Origin: Escherichia phage ETEC-TG
DNA length: 64,000 nt
Reading direction: 5' to 3' (one strand)
Sequence record: OR786310.1
Shown: one piece after another, positions 55,741-64,000 of the stretch
How the letters are laid out: every line of letters starts with the position of its first letter
How positions within the stretch are numbered: position 1 is the first letter of the stretch
Notes under the pieces: generated by a model
Databases searched by the model: none
Seen by the model: only the letters and a program-made list of their open reading frames with translations
Told to the model about the DNA's origin: nothing
Position numbers and translations under genes: made by a program

Positions 55741-56304
55741 CTAAATAGTTTTACTGTGATCGTGACAGTGTAATAAATGATGTATAGACCGTTGAGGATT
55801 TGTTTGACCTAATCTGTAAATGTGAAACAGATACATTCCCCGCATCAATCCTAACCTCTTTCCTTTTTCATGTAAAGTGTGAGAGAAAATTAAGTCGAAT
55901 TGGATAGATTTTTCTTCGAAAGGAATTTCATTCCACAATGATTTTCTAAAAAGCAAAAAGAAACCTGCCAGAGGTGTTCCGAAAGGAACTTCTTCAACAC
56001 TCACTTTATGATATTCTCTTGCAATCTTAGCATATTCTATATGGTTTAGAATATCTGGATCATCGTTAATTTGGTTAGAGAAAAGCTGATAACCACTGCC
56101 TAACCTGTTACAAGTTGCACCTATTACATCAAAAGGCGGGTTTGACATAACAAGCTCTTCAAGCATAGATGGTTGATCAGGTAGGAGGAACATTGTATCG
56201 GTATCTCTTAAACACACCCAACTATCATCTGGAAGAACGGCAATGGCTTCATTGATAGCCTTGCCGATATTTCCTGTCAGATAGGGAGTAATATAATAAA
56301 TCAT
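55741..56304 (-). CDS. nucleotide-sugar transferase-like protein (GT-A-like, DxD)
   Basis: N-terminal ITPY...GNIGKAINEAIAVLPDDSWVCLRDTDT pattern. Confidence 0.35.
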   Translation of the reverse strand: MIYYITPYLTGNIGKAINEAIAVLPDDSWVCLRDTDTMFLLPDQPSMLEELVMSNPPFDVIGATCNRLGSGYQLFSNQINDDPDILNHIEYAKIAREYHKVSVEEVPFGTPLAGFFLLFRKSLWNEIPFEEKSIQFDLIFSHTLHEKGKRLGLMRGMYLFHIYRLGQTNPQRSIHHLLHCHDHSKTI

Positions 56305-56321
56305 TCTCCCCCTCCGTTATA

Positions 56322-56513
56322 TTAACTGTCGGCTACAATCCCGCGTTTAATCATTTCCTGTTGGATTTGGATGACACGATCTCGTGCTTCCATGTATTCT
56401 TTAAAAGATTCTTGAAGATGGTCACGAGCTACGTCTCGTAGCTTAATCAGTTTGTCGTTTGTCACTTCTTGAAGAGAGATTTCGCCAGTTTCATTGGTCC
56501 CAAGCGTTTTCAT
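56322..56513 (-). CDS. hypothetical small protein
   Basis: ORF track. Confidence 0.3.
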   Translation of the reverse strand: MKTLGTNETGEISLQEVTNDKLIKLRDVARDHLQESFKEYMEARDRVIQIQQEMIKRGIVADS

Positions 56514-56721
56514 TTACAACCTCCTTAATAGCTACTGCACAGTTCTTACAAATACATTGACCTTTGTTCTTAGAAATTTCAATGTAAGGTTCATTTTCGT
56601 TTTCTCCGCGTCGTGAGTCGTATATTACTGTATTGAAGCAGACAACGCAAATGTTTTTAATAACGACATATTTTTGCACTTTCTGTTTAGTGCGAAAATT
56701 GACTTCAATGACTTCTCCCAT
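56491..56721 (-). CDS. small Cys-rich protein (start trimmed to ATG at 56721)
   Basis: GGGGAGA RBS; ATGA start/stop overlap with upstream gene; CVVC and CICKNC motifs. Confidence 0.35.
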   Translation of the reverse strand: MGEVIEVNFRTKQKVQKYVVIKNICVVCFNTVIYDSRRGENENEPYIEISKNKGQCICKNCAVAIKEVVNENAWDQ

Positions 56722-57005
56722 CAGTGAATCTCCCCTAAAATGTTGTTTTGAGACATTACTGCGGAGCATTCTACAGCATCATGAGTCCTTGCAAAACGCT
56801 CCCACAATACAGCATCTACTTTAAGAACCATACAAGGATAAATACTGTCGTTGATCATGTCAATGCTATATTTATCTACATCCTTTTCATCTTCCATAAA
56901 CAAAGTAGCATATGCTTCTAAATGCTTACGGGTGTAGTATACATCCTCTTCAGTAAGACCGACAACCAGGTAACTTGCTACAACAACAGTATTATCTTCT
57001 TGCAT
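56721..57005 (-). CDS. hypothetical protein (start trimmed to ATG at 57005)
   Basis: GGGGAG RBS; start follows the SleB-like gene stop. Confidence 0.35.
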   Translation of the reverse strand: MQEDNTVVVASYLVVGLTEEDVYYTRKHLEAYATLFMEDEKDVDKYSIDMINDSIYPCMVLKVDAVLWERFARTHDAVECSAVMSQNNILGEIH

Positions 57006-57006
57006 T

Positions 57007-57528
57007 TTAACTCCCCTTTGGTAGATAGAAACCATGCACTTTATCTCGATAAACAAGACGCATATCACGTTCCCAGTGTGTCCTTATATTCCGTTTCTTG
57101 AAGTATAGAGCACCTTTAGTAACATCTAAAACAGACCGCAATTCAGGAAAATGTTTCTCTAAATAAAGTAAACGCTCCGCTATTGCTTTTGCTTCTTGCC
57201 ACTTATCTTTCTCTGTTACGTTAAAAGTTTTCGCATATGAGAATTGCCCTTTCTGGAACAAGACTCCTCTGACTGTGTTAGGGAAGTAGGTATCATTTCT
57301 TCTGTTGATTACCACATTCCCAACGGCATTCATTCCTTTTTTACCCAGACCTCGACCTTCTGCGTAAATTGCACAAGCTAATAGAATTTTATCATTATAT
57401 TGCTTTGTACATTTGTGAACTACTTTAGCGGTTTTTACGTTTGCAGCTTCGGCTTTCGCCACAACAGGTGTAAATGTAAAAGCAGTTAAGGATAGTAACG
57501 CAACTGTTACAAAGTTTTTTATCAGCAA
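57007..57528 (-). CDS. SleB/CwlJ-type cell wall hydrolase with N-terminal signal/anchor (candidate endolysin)
   Basis: Hydrophobic N-terminus; LLACAIYAEGRG motif of SleB-type hydrolases; TTG start after AGGAGG RBS. Confidence 0.6.
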   Translation of the reverse strand: MLIKNFVTVALLSLTAFTFTPVVAKAEAANVKTAKVVHKCTKQYNDKILLACAIYAEGRGLGKKGMNAVGNVVINRRNDTYFPNTVRGVLFQKGQFSYAKTFNVTEKDKWQEAKAIAERLLYLEKHFPELRSVLDVTKGALYFKKRNIRTHWERDMRLVYRDKVHGFYLPKGS

Positions 57529-57560
57529 ATTTTGCCTCCTTTTTAAGTTAACGAATTTCT

Positions 57561-57589
57561 AGTATAACACGATAGAGGCTTTATTGCAA
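57561..57589 (-). promoter_or_regulatory. sigma70-like extended -10 promoter (minus strand)
   Basis: On the transcript strand TTGCAA - 17 nt - TGtTATACT, upstream of the hydrolase RBS. Confidence 0.45.
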
Positions 57590-57609
57590 GAGGGGGATTT
57601 CTCCCCCTC
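57590..57609 (-). other. GAGGGGGA/TCCCCCTC stem-loop downstream of TerD gene
   Basis: Perfect 8-bp G/C stem; similar hairpin at 39752-39770. Confidence 0.4.
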
Positions 57610-57627
57610 AAAATCATTTGTTAATTA

Positions 57628-58230
57628 TTATGGACATTCATACCATTCTTTTTTACCACCGAAGGCCATCACCACATCGCAAATATCCAGACCAGCTTTA
57701 CCTACACCATATGCTTTCAGCTTCCATTCCCCATCTTCACGAACCAAGGAAGCCACGTGGCAGATTGTGTTACCAGCTACTTCAGGAGCCAGGAAGTCAA
57801 AATCCAGAATTTCCACATTGCGTTCGGAGTCAAAGATTTTAAGCATACCTTCAGAAGCATGACCAAAACGTTTCAGACCTGTATCATCATCAATGGTCAG
57901 AACAAAGGCAATCTCTTGTGCATCAGGAGAGATTTTAGCCAGAGTAATATCAATCTGCTCCATGCTGCCAGTCCCATCACGAACATCGTCACCAGCGAAG
58001 GTAGAACGTTCAGGATCAAACTTGTTAGCGTAGCAAACCAGATGACGTGCAGACAGCATTTCAGGATTGCCAGCGGCATTATGACGACAAACCAGTGCAC
58101 TTACATCCAGATCCAGTTTAGAATCAGATTTCCAAGAGAATTCCAGGCGCAGTTCTTTCAGAGCCGGAGCAACTTTCTTCAGGGAAATTTTTTCGCTAGA
58201 GCCTTTTTTCAGGGAAATTTTATCAGTCAT
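57628..58230 (-). CDS. terD: TerD-family protein (tellurium resistance / stress protein domain)
   Basis: Aligns by eye to E. coli TerD: N-terminal ISLKK repeats, DLDVSALVC, FVLTIDD, GEWKLKAYGVG; host-like codon usage. Confidence 0.75.
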   Translation of the reverse strand: MTDKISLKKGSSEKISLKKVAPALKELRLEFSWKSDSKLDLDVSALVCRHNAAGNPEMLSARHLVCYANKFDPERSTFAGDDVRDGTGSMEQIDITLAKISPDAQEIAFVLTIDDDTGLKRFGHASEGMLKIFDSERNVEILDFDFLAPEVAGNTICHVASLVREDGEWKLKAYGVGKAGLDICDVVMAFGGKKEWYECP

Positions 58231-58245
58231 CTTTTGTCTCCTCTA

Positions 58246-58515
58246 TTATTTAAGTGTAATACCAGTTACAGTCAATTCTACTTCCAAAAGCTTAGATGTG
58301 TTTTGGATTGATACTAATTGTGCATGATGGTTTAGTTCTACAGCGGAATAATCATTCTCCCCATCGTCTACTTTTAAATAAACAATGATTTCACTAAGGT
58401 CTAAACCATTTTCGTCAAATGCATTTTCATAGACGAAAGTATCTCCTACATCCAAATCTTTAATGGTAAGGCATCGTTTATTTACTTTTTGCTCATCAAT
58501 TTCGAAGTTTAACAC
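58246..58515 (-). CDS. small conserved protein, paralog of 59537-59815
   Basis: Shares DLDVGDTF and TVTGITLK motifs with the paralog. Confidence 0.4.
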   Translation of the reverse strand: MLNFEIDEQKVNKRCLTIKDLDVGDTFVYENAFDENGLDLSEIIVYLKVDDGENDYSAVELNHHAQLVSIQNTSKLLEVELTVTGITLK

Positions 58516-58744
58516 TTCTTCCTCCTAATGTTATCTCCGGTTTGTATATACGAAGAATTATAGCATTTTCATTTTCTTTGTCAACCCATTCTTCATAATC
58601 GGGCCATACATGAATCTCTACTCTACTTACAATATCTTCCATTCGCACAGTCCCAATGAAATACTCTTTGAGACTGCGCATAATGAAAGCTTCTCTCTCG
58701 CGCCAATAATTTTCTACGACTTGAGAGGCAAGCTCGTCGATCAT
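58496..58744 (-). CDS. hypothetical small protein
   Basis: ORF track; coupled to neighbours. Confidence 0.3.
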   Translation of the reverse strand: MIDELASQVVENYWREREAFIMRSLKEYFIGTVRMEDIVSRVEIHVWPDYEEWVDKENENAIILRIYKPEITLGGRSVKLRN

Positions 58745-59535
58745 TTTTTAGCACCTACTTTAACAACCCACTCTCCGAACTCTTCAGATAAAAGTTTGTC
58801 ATAAAGCTCTGAATCTGTCAAGTCTAAATCTTTAATGCCAATAAAACCAACATTATCATAAGCATTTGCCAGTTCTTTCAGGAAGCCAAACTTCTCATTA
58901 CCAACGCCAACCATGAACCAATAAATAGGTTTATTCTTATTCTCTTCAATAAGACGACGAACAGCACTAGGATCACCATTCTCACCATCCGTCTGGAAGA
59001 ATACAACACCAGGGGTAACGTCAGCACCTGGTTCAGATACAGCTACAACTTTTTCACGCTCTACAGACACTGTTTCAGTTTTACCAAGCAGACGATTAAA
59101 GAAGCCTTTCTTTGGAGCCTCCTCTTGTACCACTTGTTTAGTGGTAATATATTTGGTAACAGTGCCAAAATACTCATCGTAGATATCTGCCATTACAGGG
59201 GCGTAATTTGTTCCACCTCCGATACGAACATTGCGCATACATTTACCAACATAGTCATCGTAAACGTCTGCTGTTGCTGGAGTAAGCTCTTGGGAACTCG
59301 TATTAAAGGCCCACATATCAATTTGTTGATTATCGTCGAACAGCATACCAAAAGGAAGCAGTTTACCTACAAAATCACTCACTACCCCACTAGAATATAG
59401 ACCATGCATACTACCAGAAATATCTAGAGCACATGCTACACGAAGAACAATCTTACCTTCATTCAGGTTCTTATTCTTTTTCAGAGAGAAAGCAAGGTTT
59501 TCTTGACGTTTTTTCAGGCTGATTTTCTCGGACAT
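58741..59535 (-). CDS. vWA-domain protein with TerD-like N-terminal ISLKK segment (TerY-like)
   Basis: MIDAS motif DISGSM, downstream GGGTNY and TDGENGD; N-terminus MSEKISLKK parallels TerD N-terminus. Confidence 0.6.
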   Translation of the reverse strand: MSEKISLKKRQENLAFSLKKNKNLNEGKIVLRVACALDISGSMHGLYSSGVVSDFVGKLLPFGMLFDDNQQIDMWAFNTSSQELTPATADVYDDYVGKCMRNVRIGGGTNYAPVMADIYDEYFGTVTKYITTKQVVQEEAPKKGFFNRLLGKTETVSVEREKVVAVSEPGADVTPGVVFFQTDGENGDPSAVRRLIEENKNKPIYWFMVGVGNEKFGFLKELANAYDNVGFIGIKDLDLTDSELYDKLLSEEFGEWVVKVGAKK

Positions 59536-59536
59536 A

Positions 59537-59815
59537 TTATTTCTCCTTCTTAAGTGTAATATTGGTAACTTCTAAATCTACTTCCACCATATTTGTATCT
59601 GGTGGGATGCAATGAGTATAGCCTCGTTGTGCTAGTGATCCATTAATACAAATCGCACTGTTTGTGGAATTTTTAATGAACACCAAGTTATGGTAGGTAT
59701 CCAACCCTGCGTCTTTATAGGCATCATAATACATGAATGTGGCCCCTACGTCAAGATCTTCGAAAGCAATAGGTAAATCCTGACTTTTTTCTTCTTGAAT
59801 ATTGAATCTAAACAT
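59537..59815 (-). CDS. small conserved protein, paralog of 58246-58515 (start at ATG 59815)
   Basis: GAGGAGG RBS before the internal Met; DLDVGATF and VDLEVTNITLKK align with paralog. Confidence 0.4.
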   Translation of the reverse strand: MFRFNIQEEKSQDLPIAFEDLDVGATFMYYDAYKDAGLDTYHNLVFIKNSTNSAICINGSLAQRGYTHCIPPDTNMVEVDLEVTNITLKKEK

Positions 59816-60371
59816 GCATACCTCCTCTACCAATTTTGAAGCCCAAATCGTAAGCTTCCTTAGTGATCTTTTGTAACTCACTTATAGGAAGTGTTACAAG
59901 AGGATCATCTTCTTCAATTTCCATCTTGTCATCTTCTGTTTCAATGAGAGTATTATGCACTTTGTGATAAGGGTTGTCAACACGTTTAAACTTATTCTTT
60001 TCTGTGCTGAAAAAACAATCTGGATCTTCTTCACCATCACCCCAACCTTGGTTAGGATCTCCGTCAGATTGTTCTGTAGGGATTTCACCTGTAAAGTACT
60101 CTTCCAGCACCATAGCAATACCGTCCCTTGGATTTGAGGAATGCATTAAATCACAAACCTTACCCCAATCCATAGCCCATTCGAACCGTTCACGAACGCC
60201 ATTTTCATCCTCCTTTCCAGAGAAAACACAACCATAACTATCATAGTTGCCATACATCTCTTCAATAACAACACCGTCCTTCAAAAGAAAGAGATAACAA
60301 GGTGATCCGTCGAAAGAAGTAGAAAGGGCAGCTTTGCCCGATTCTTTGCACAAAAAGCTAAAACAACCCAT
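59808..60371 (-). CDS. hypothetical protein (acidic, Cys-containing)
   Basis: ORF track; in the Ter-like operon. Confidence 0.35.
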   Translation of the reverse strand: MGCFSFLCKESGKAALSTSFDGSPCYLFLLKDGVVIEEMYGNYDSYGCVFSGKEDENGVRERFEWAMDWGKVCDLMHSSNPRDGIAMVLEEYFTGEIPTEQSDGDPNQGWGDGEEDPDCFFSTEKNKFKRVDNPYHKVHNTLIETEDDKMEIEEDDPLVTLPISELQKITKEAYDLGFKIGRGGMHV

Positions 60372-60769
60372 TACAAACCCTCCTTCAGATTATCAAGAGC
60401 TACAGTGGTTTCACAAAATTCTCCATAAGCTTTATGATGTTCCAGAAAAGCTTCGGGTCCACCCCAGTCATTATCTTGTGTATTCCAGCCATCTATAAAA
60501 GCATCTTCAATGATTGTGATCAGTTCCTGTCGAGTCAACGTAATGGTATCAGGTTTCTGCGTAGTTTCCACACGGAACCCTGGTTCTTCATAAAAACCTT
60601 TAGTTATAATGGATTCTAACTCTTCTGCATCACAGAGGAAGTAGCCACAAAGATAACACCAACCGTCATCATCTTTCATTACTTCATAAACTTCACCACT
60701 TGCCAAATTAGTGAAAAGAGTAGGGTTTGTTACTGTAAGTTTTAAAAGAATACCTGTTGGATTATACAT
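60371..60769 (-). CDS. hypothetical protein
   Basis: ORF track. Confidence 0.35.
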   Translation of the reverse strand: MYNPTGILLKLTVTNPTLFTNLASGEVYEVMKDDDGWCYLCGYFLCDAEELESIITKGFYEEPGFRVETTQKPDTITLTRQELITIIEDAFIDGWNTQDNDWGGPEAFLEHHKAYGEFCETTVALDNLKEGL

Positions 60770-60934
60770 CTTCTTCCTCCTCTAAAATATGGAACCCGTA
60801 ATTACAATAATCCTGAAAGGTTTCGTGTGCAAGATCTTCTATATCCTCTTGAGACATATCATCTTCAATTTCGATATCCACAACCTCATTGCATCCACAC
60901 CAAGCAGTTTCAATATTCACTCGTAATATTTTCA

Positions 60935-61132
60935 TTACTCCTCCTCCTCATTGAAGTCAATATCTGCAAGGAGTTCGAATTTACGGAAGTTACGACAACC
61001 TTCATAAATATAACAATCACGACAAACTGCTAGAACACTTGGGGGATATATGCCTCCCATCGGTGCGAATCGTTTTTCGTCATCATAACGGACACCAATG
61101 TCTTCATCAATTATATAGATACGGATTCTCAT
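60935..61132 (-). CDS. small Cys-rich protein
   Basis: CRDCYIYEGC motif; acidic C-terminus. Confidence 0.3.
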   Translation of the reverse strand: MRIRIYIIDEDIGVRYDDEKRFAPMGGIYPPSVLAVCRDCYIYEGCRNFRKFELLADIDFNEEEE

Positions 61133-62241
61133 TTACCAAGCCCTCGTTTCACAGCAGCTACCATCCCGTCTTCCAGAGATTGAACTTCATTAATATAATC
61201 AACACGAGCAGCACGGGCTTCCGTATTGATGCGGTTAGTTTCTTCCAGCATCTTAACCAAGTTTTCCTGATCGTGACGCAGAGTTTCAATATCCAACACT
61301 TGACGGTTAGCCAGTGCTGCTGCTTCGATCTGATTCTGTGTGGCAAGATCGCTACCCAGTTTAATTGCCAGGTTAAATTCATCAAGAACGTTATTCTGCG
61401 TCTCTGCTGCTTTCATTTGACGTAAGCTCTCGATATACATTGAGAAGTTAGCAGAGTAAGCAGGAATAACATTATTTACTATGTTACGCGCAGATCGCAT
61501 TAAGCTTGCAGAAACTTTTTGCATACCTTGTACACGCGGTCCCATTTGGACACACAGTAGGCGCAATGCTTTTAAATCTGCAATACGAATCTCCAGAAGA
61601 TCCAAAGTATCTCGGATCACTTGTCGCTGTTCTACTGCATCTTCTGGAAGAGCAGCCAAAGCTTGTTCTTCTTTTTCATAGGTTGCTGTTAGAAGCTGCA
61701 TATCTCGGTTCAAACTTGCAGCATATTGTCCAATAGCTTGATGTAGCTTTTCAAGATATACCAAGGAATCTTCTTCTTTGCGAATATCCATTTGAAGGTT
61801 CTTTACCAACTCTTCAATACGGTTATTAACATTATCAAACTCCCCGAACAGGTCTTCTTTCATACCCATAACTTTTTTAATGAGTTTAGTAATACCCTTG
61901 CTTTGTTTAATAGAGTTTGGATCAAGTTGTTTTGCCTGTTTAATCAAAGCTGTAAGTCGTTCACTCATCTGATCGCCTTGATTACTACGTTGATGTTTTA
62001 ACACCTCGGCATTCAAGGAACGCAAGGTTGTTCCTGCCTCTGCCCCAATCTCTTCAATCTCTTGTCGGGTCATAGAAGGCAAAACTGGAACTTCTTGCGG
62101 TGCCGCTGGTGCATAAACAGGACTGGCATCTAACACGCTTGGAGCGAATACAGATTTACTTGCATCTGTTGTTGCAGCGAATACACTCATTTCAGACTTC
62201 TTCTGACCACCAGTAGCTGCTTTTAAAAATGGACTTGTCAT
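61129..62241 (-). CDS. TelA/KlaB-like helical protein (tentative)
   Basis: 370 aa, predominantly helical, same operon as TerD and vWA proteins; family assignment from size, composition and context only. Confidence 0.35.
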   Translation of the reverse strand: MTSPFLKAATGGQKKSEMSVFAATTDASKSVFAPSVLDASPVYAPAAPQEVPVLPSMTRQEIEEIGAEAGTTLRSLNAEVLKHQRSNQGDQMSERLTALIKQAKQLDPNSIKQSKGITKLIKKVMGMKEDLFGEFDNVNNRIEELVKNLQMDIRKEEDSLVYLEKLHQAIGQYAASLNRDMQLLTATYEKEEQALAALPEDAVEQRQVIRDTLDLLEIRIADLKALRLLCVQMGPRVQGMQKVSASLMRSARNIVNNVIPAYSANFSMYIESLRQMKAAETQNNVLDEFNLAIKLGSDLATQNQIEAAALANRQVLDIETLRHDQENLVKMLEETNRINTEARAARVDYINEVQSLEDGMVAAVKRGLGK

Positions 62242-62828
62242 TCTTCATTCTCCTCTTCTGCATCTCTTATATATGGTGAAACACCGTACTCTTTAGCTAC
62301 TTTAACCCAATCATCCCATTTATACAACCATAATTTTCCTTCAGTTCCTTCTTTATCTGATTTCAACCACATGTTAGGTTGCTTGCCTGGGTACATGCGA
62401 TTAGGTTTACGATTATAACCTCTAACACATCTTGTCGCAAACCTATCTACCAGAACAAGAACATATTTATACTCGTGGTTCAACGGCTCTTTGGAAGTGG
62501 CTTTAGGATTAGCCCCTAACTCTGCTGCCAGTTTTTGCCAATGAGCACCGTGCCTACTAAACTTACCCATACAACCATCAATAGCGTGAGCAATTTCGTG
62601 CTTCATTGTATCCACGATCATATCTCTTGTAGAGTTCTTATGCAAGTGCCAATTTACAACAACAATTTTATCTCGGTAGTTGCACCAACCGAAAGAGTTA
62701 TTCACTTTGTTTCTAACACAAGCTTTATATCCTGCTTCACGTAACATGTTGTAGTAAACAGGAAAATCTTCTTTTATTTCCTGCATCACTTCCCACCACA
62801 AGAGTTGCAAGTCTCTCTCGGTATGCAT
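62238..62828 (-). CDS. zinc metallopeptidase-like protein (HExxH, SprT-like)
   Basis: TMKHEIAHAIDG...H motif; acidic C-terminus. Confidence 0.4.
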   Translation of the reverse strand: MHTERDLQLLWWEVMQEIKEDFPVYYNMLREAGYKACVRNKVNNSFGWCNYRDKIVVVNWHLHKNSTRDMIVDTMKHEIAHAIDGCMGKFSRHGAHWQKLAAELGANPKATSKEPLNHEYKYVLVLVDRFATRCVRGYNRKPNRMYPGKQPNMWLKSDKEGTEGKLWLYKWDDWVKVAKEYGVSPYIRDAEEENEE

Positions 62829-62830
62829 AC

Positions 62831-63424
62831 TTACACCTTAAAAGCGAAATGCGTGGTCGTGGCTTCAAAATCAGGGCCAGATAAACTTGCACTGAAATCT
62901 GAAATATTTGTAATTAAAAAGCTTTTATGCATACCTAACACAGCCACGCTTTCAATATCTTCTACTAACATTTCAATCATGTTAGAAACATGGCTGAACG
63001 TATAGTTTTGTTTTTTGATGGTGTAGAAAGAAAGATTCCCACCTGCTGTATAAGATACTTCTTCAAAATCTTTAATCGTATACTGTGTCCCATCAGTAAA
63101 GAAAATGGTAGCTTTATTAGTAGCACGTTTCTTGTTTTTTGGTCCTTTTTTACGCTTATTGCGAGTAGGAAAACCATTTGGAAATACCGTAGCTACAAAT
63201 TCTTCAGGAGAAACCTCCTTACCGAAATCATAACCATAAGAAACAGCATCTATAAACTCGTCGTCTTCATTTTTAAAATAATGAAAATAGGGCCAATTTG
63301 AGAGATTATCGAGCATCTTATGCTCATCCACAGCAGAGAACGTATCCCTCAAAGCGCGTGTAATTTGCAAAGCATTAGGCAAACTTTTAACACCTGTAAT
63401 GGAAGTACGGATAGAAATTGTCAT
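62831..63424 (-). CDS. hypothetical protein
   Basis: ORF track. Confidence 0.35.
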   Translation of the reverse strand: MTISIRTSITGVKSLPNALQITRALRDTFSAVDEHKMLDNLSNWPYFHYFKNEDDEFIDAVSYGYDFGKEVSPEEFVATVFPNGFPTRNKRKKGPKNKKRATNKATIFFTDGTQYTIKDFEEVSYTAGGNLSFYTIKKQNYTFSHVSNMIEMLVEDIESVAVLGMHKSFLITNISDFSASLSGPDFEATTTHFAFKV

Positions 63425-63438
63425 TGTTTTTCTCCTTA

Positions 63439-63876
63439 TTAACGTCGCTTGCTACGAGATGAACTCTTTTTACTTAAAGGGCTATTGTAAGATTTACGAG
63501 TTGTATAGCTACTATTTGTTTTAAAAGTTTGTCTCGGCTTTTCATAAGTTTTTATCTCTTGTTTAGGCTTACCATAAAAATTAGTTTTCGGTTTAGGTGT
63601 ATTATAATGCTTATTAATAATCGTTCTGTTATCGTTATAATCCCCACTGCTACGATTACTACCGCCACTCATCATATGCCCTAACAACATACCTGTAGCA
63701 AACTCACCAACACCGCTACTACTAGAACCGCCACCATTGTTGATAATAGTTGTATCTCCGTCAGATCCTTGTTGAGCGTATTGTTGAGGAGGTTGTTGGT
63801 ATTGTGCAGGATTTGTTTCATCCTCGCAAGCTGTTAAAAAGATACAACCAATTAAAATCAGGGCTAGTTTTTTCAT
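63439..63876 (-). CDS. lipoprotein with glycine-zipper region (start at ATG 63876)
   Basis: Signal peptide MKKLALILIGCIFLTAC with lipobox; Gly/Ser-rich GGGSSSSGVGEFATGMLLGHMMSGG; basic C-terminus. Confidence 0.5.
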   Translation of the reverse strand: MKKLALILIGCIFLTACEDETNPAQYQQPPQQYAQQGSDGDTTIINNGGGSSSSGVGEFATGMLLGHMMSGGSNRSSGDYNDNRTIINKHYNTPKPKTNFYGKPKQEIKTYEKPRQTFKTNSSYTTRKSYNSPLSKKSSSRSKRR

Positions 63877-64000
63877 ATTTGCTTTCCTCGTTTTGGCTAT
63901 TAATACATCTGTGTTTGAAATCTCCAGAGAAGCAATAAAGTTGCTCTCCATCTCGGTATAAACTCACTTTACTGCCGTTGATTACGCTTGTCAATACAAA

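Noticed and set aside
1-64000. Integrase, attachment site or repressor indicating a prophage; CRISPR arrays; reverse transcriptase elements
   Set aside because: None found on either strand; gene content is that of a virulent phage.

Overview
This window reads as the genome of a virulent, tRNA-rich tailed phage with a contractile-tail (myovirus-type) gene set, probably infecting an enterobacterial host. All calls are from reading the sequence and ORF track by eye; no database search or folding program was run. Layout: (1) 118-1732, small leftward early genes; (2) 1733-2214, a divergent control region with GTACT direct repeats and AT-rich/GATC palindromes; (3) 2950-5360, a tRNA cluster with 12 confident tRNAs, internal sigma70-like promoters and several structured non-tRNA segments; (4) 5426-44545, a rightward late operon: spanin-like pair, large terminase interrupted by a putative mini-intein, portal, scaffold, decoration and major capsid proteins, sheath, tube, chaperones with a -1 frameshift site, tape measure, baseplate proteins, and several tail fibre/tailspike genes; (5) 44602-63951, a leftward block: SSB-like protein, minimal nucleotidyltransferase, family A DNA polymerase, N6-adenine methyltransferase, primase-helicase, four glycosyltransferase-like genes, a SleB-type hydrolase, and a Ter-like module (TerD, vWA protein, TelA-like protein) interleaved with duplicated small ORFs. 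The most interesting candidates are the phage-borne Ter-like module, the glycosyltransferase plus methyltransferase block next to the replication genes, the terminase intein, and a class II tRNA that appears to carry an Asn anticodon. Resemblance to Felix O1-like phages is only an impression from gene content.
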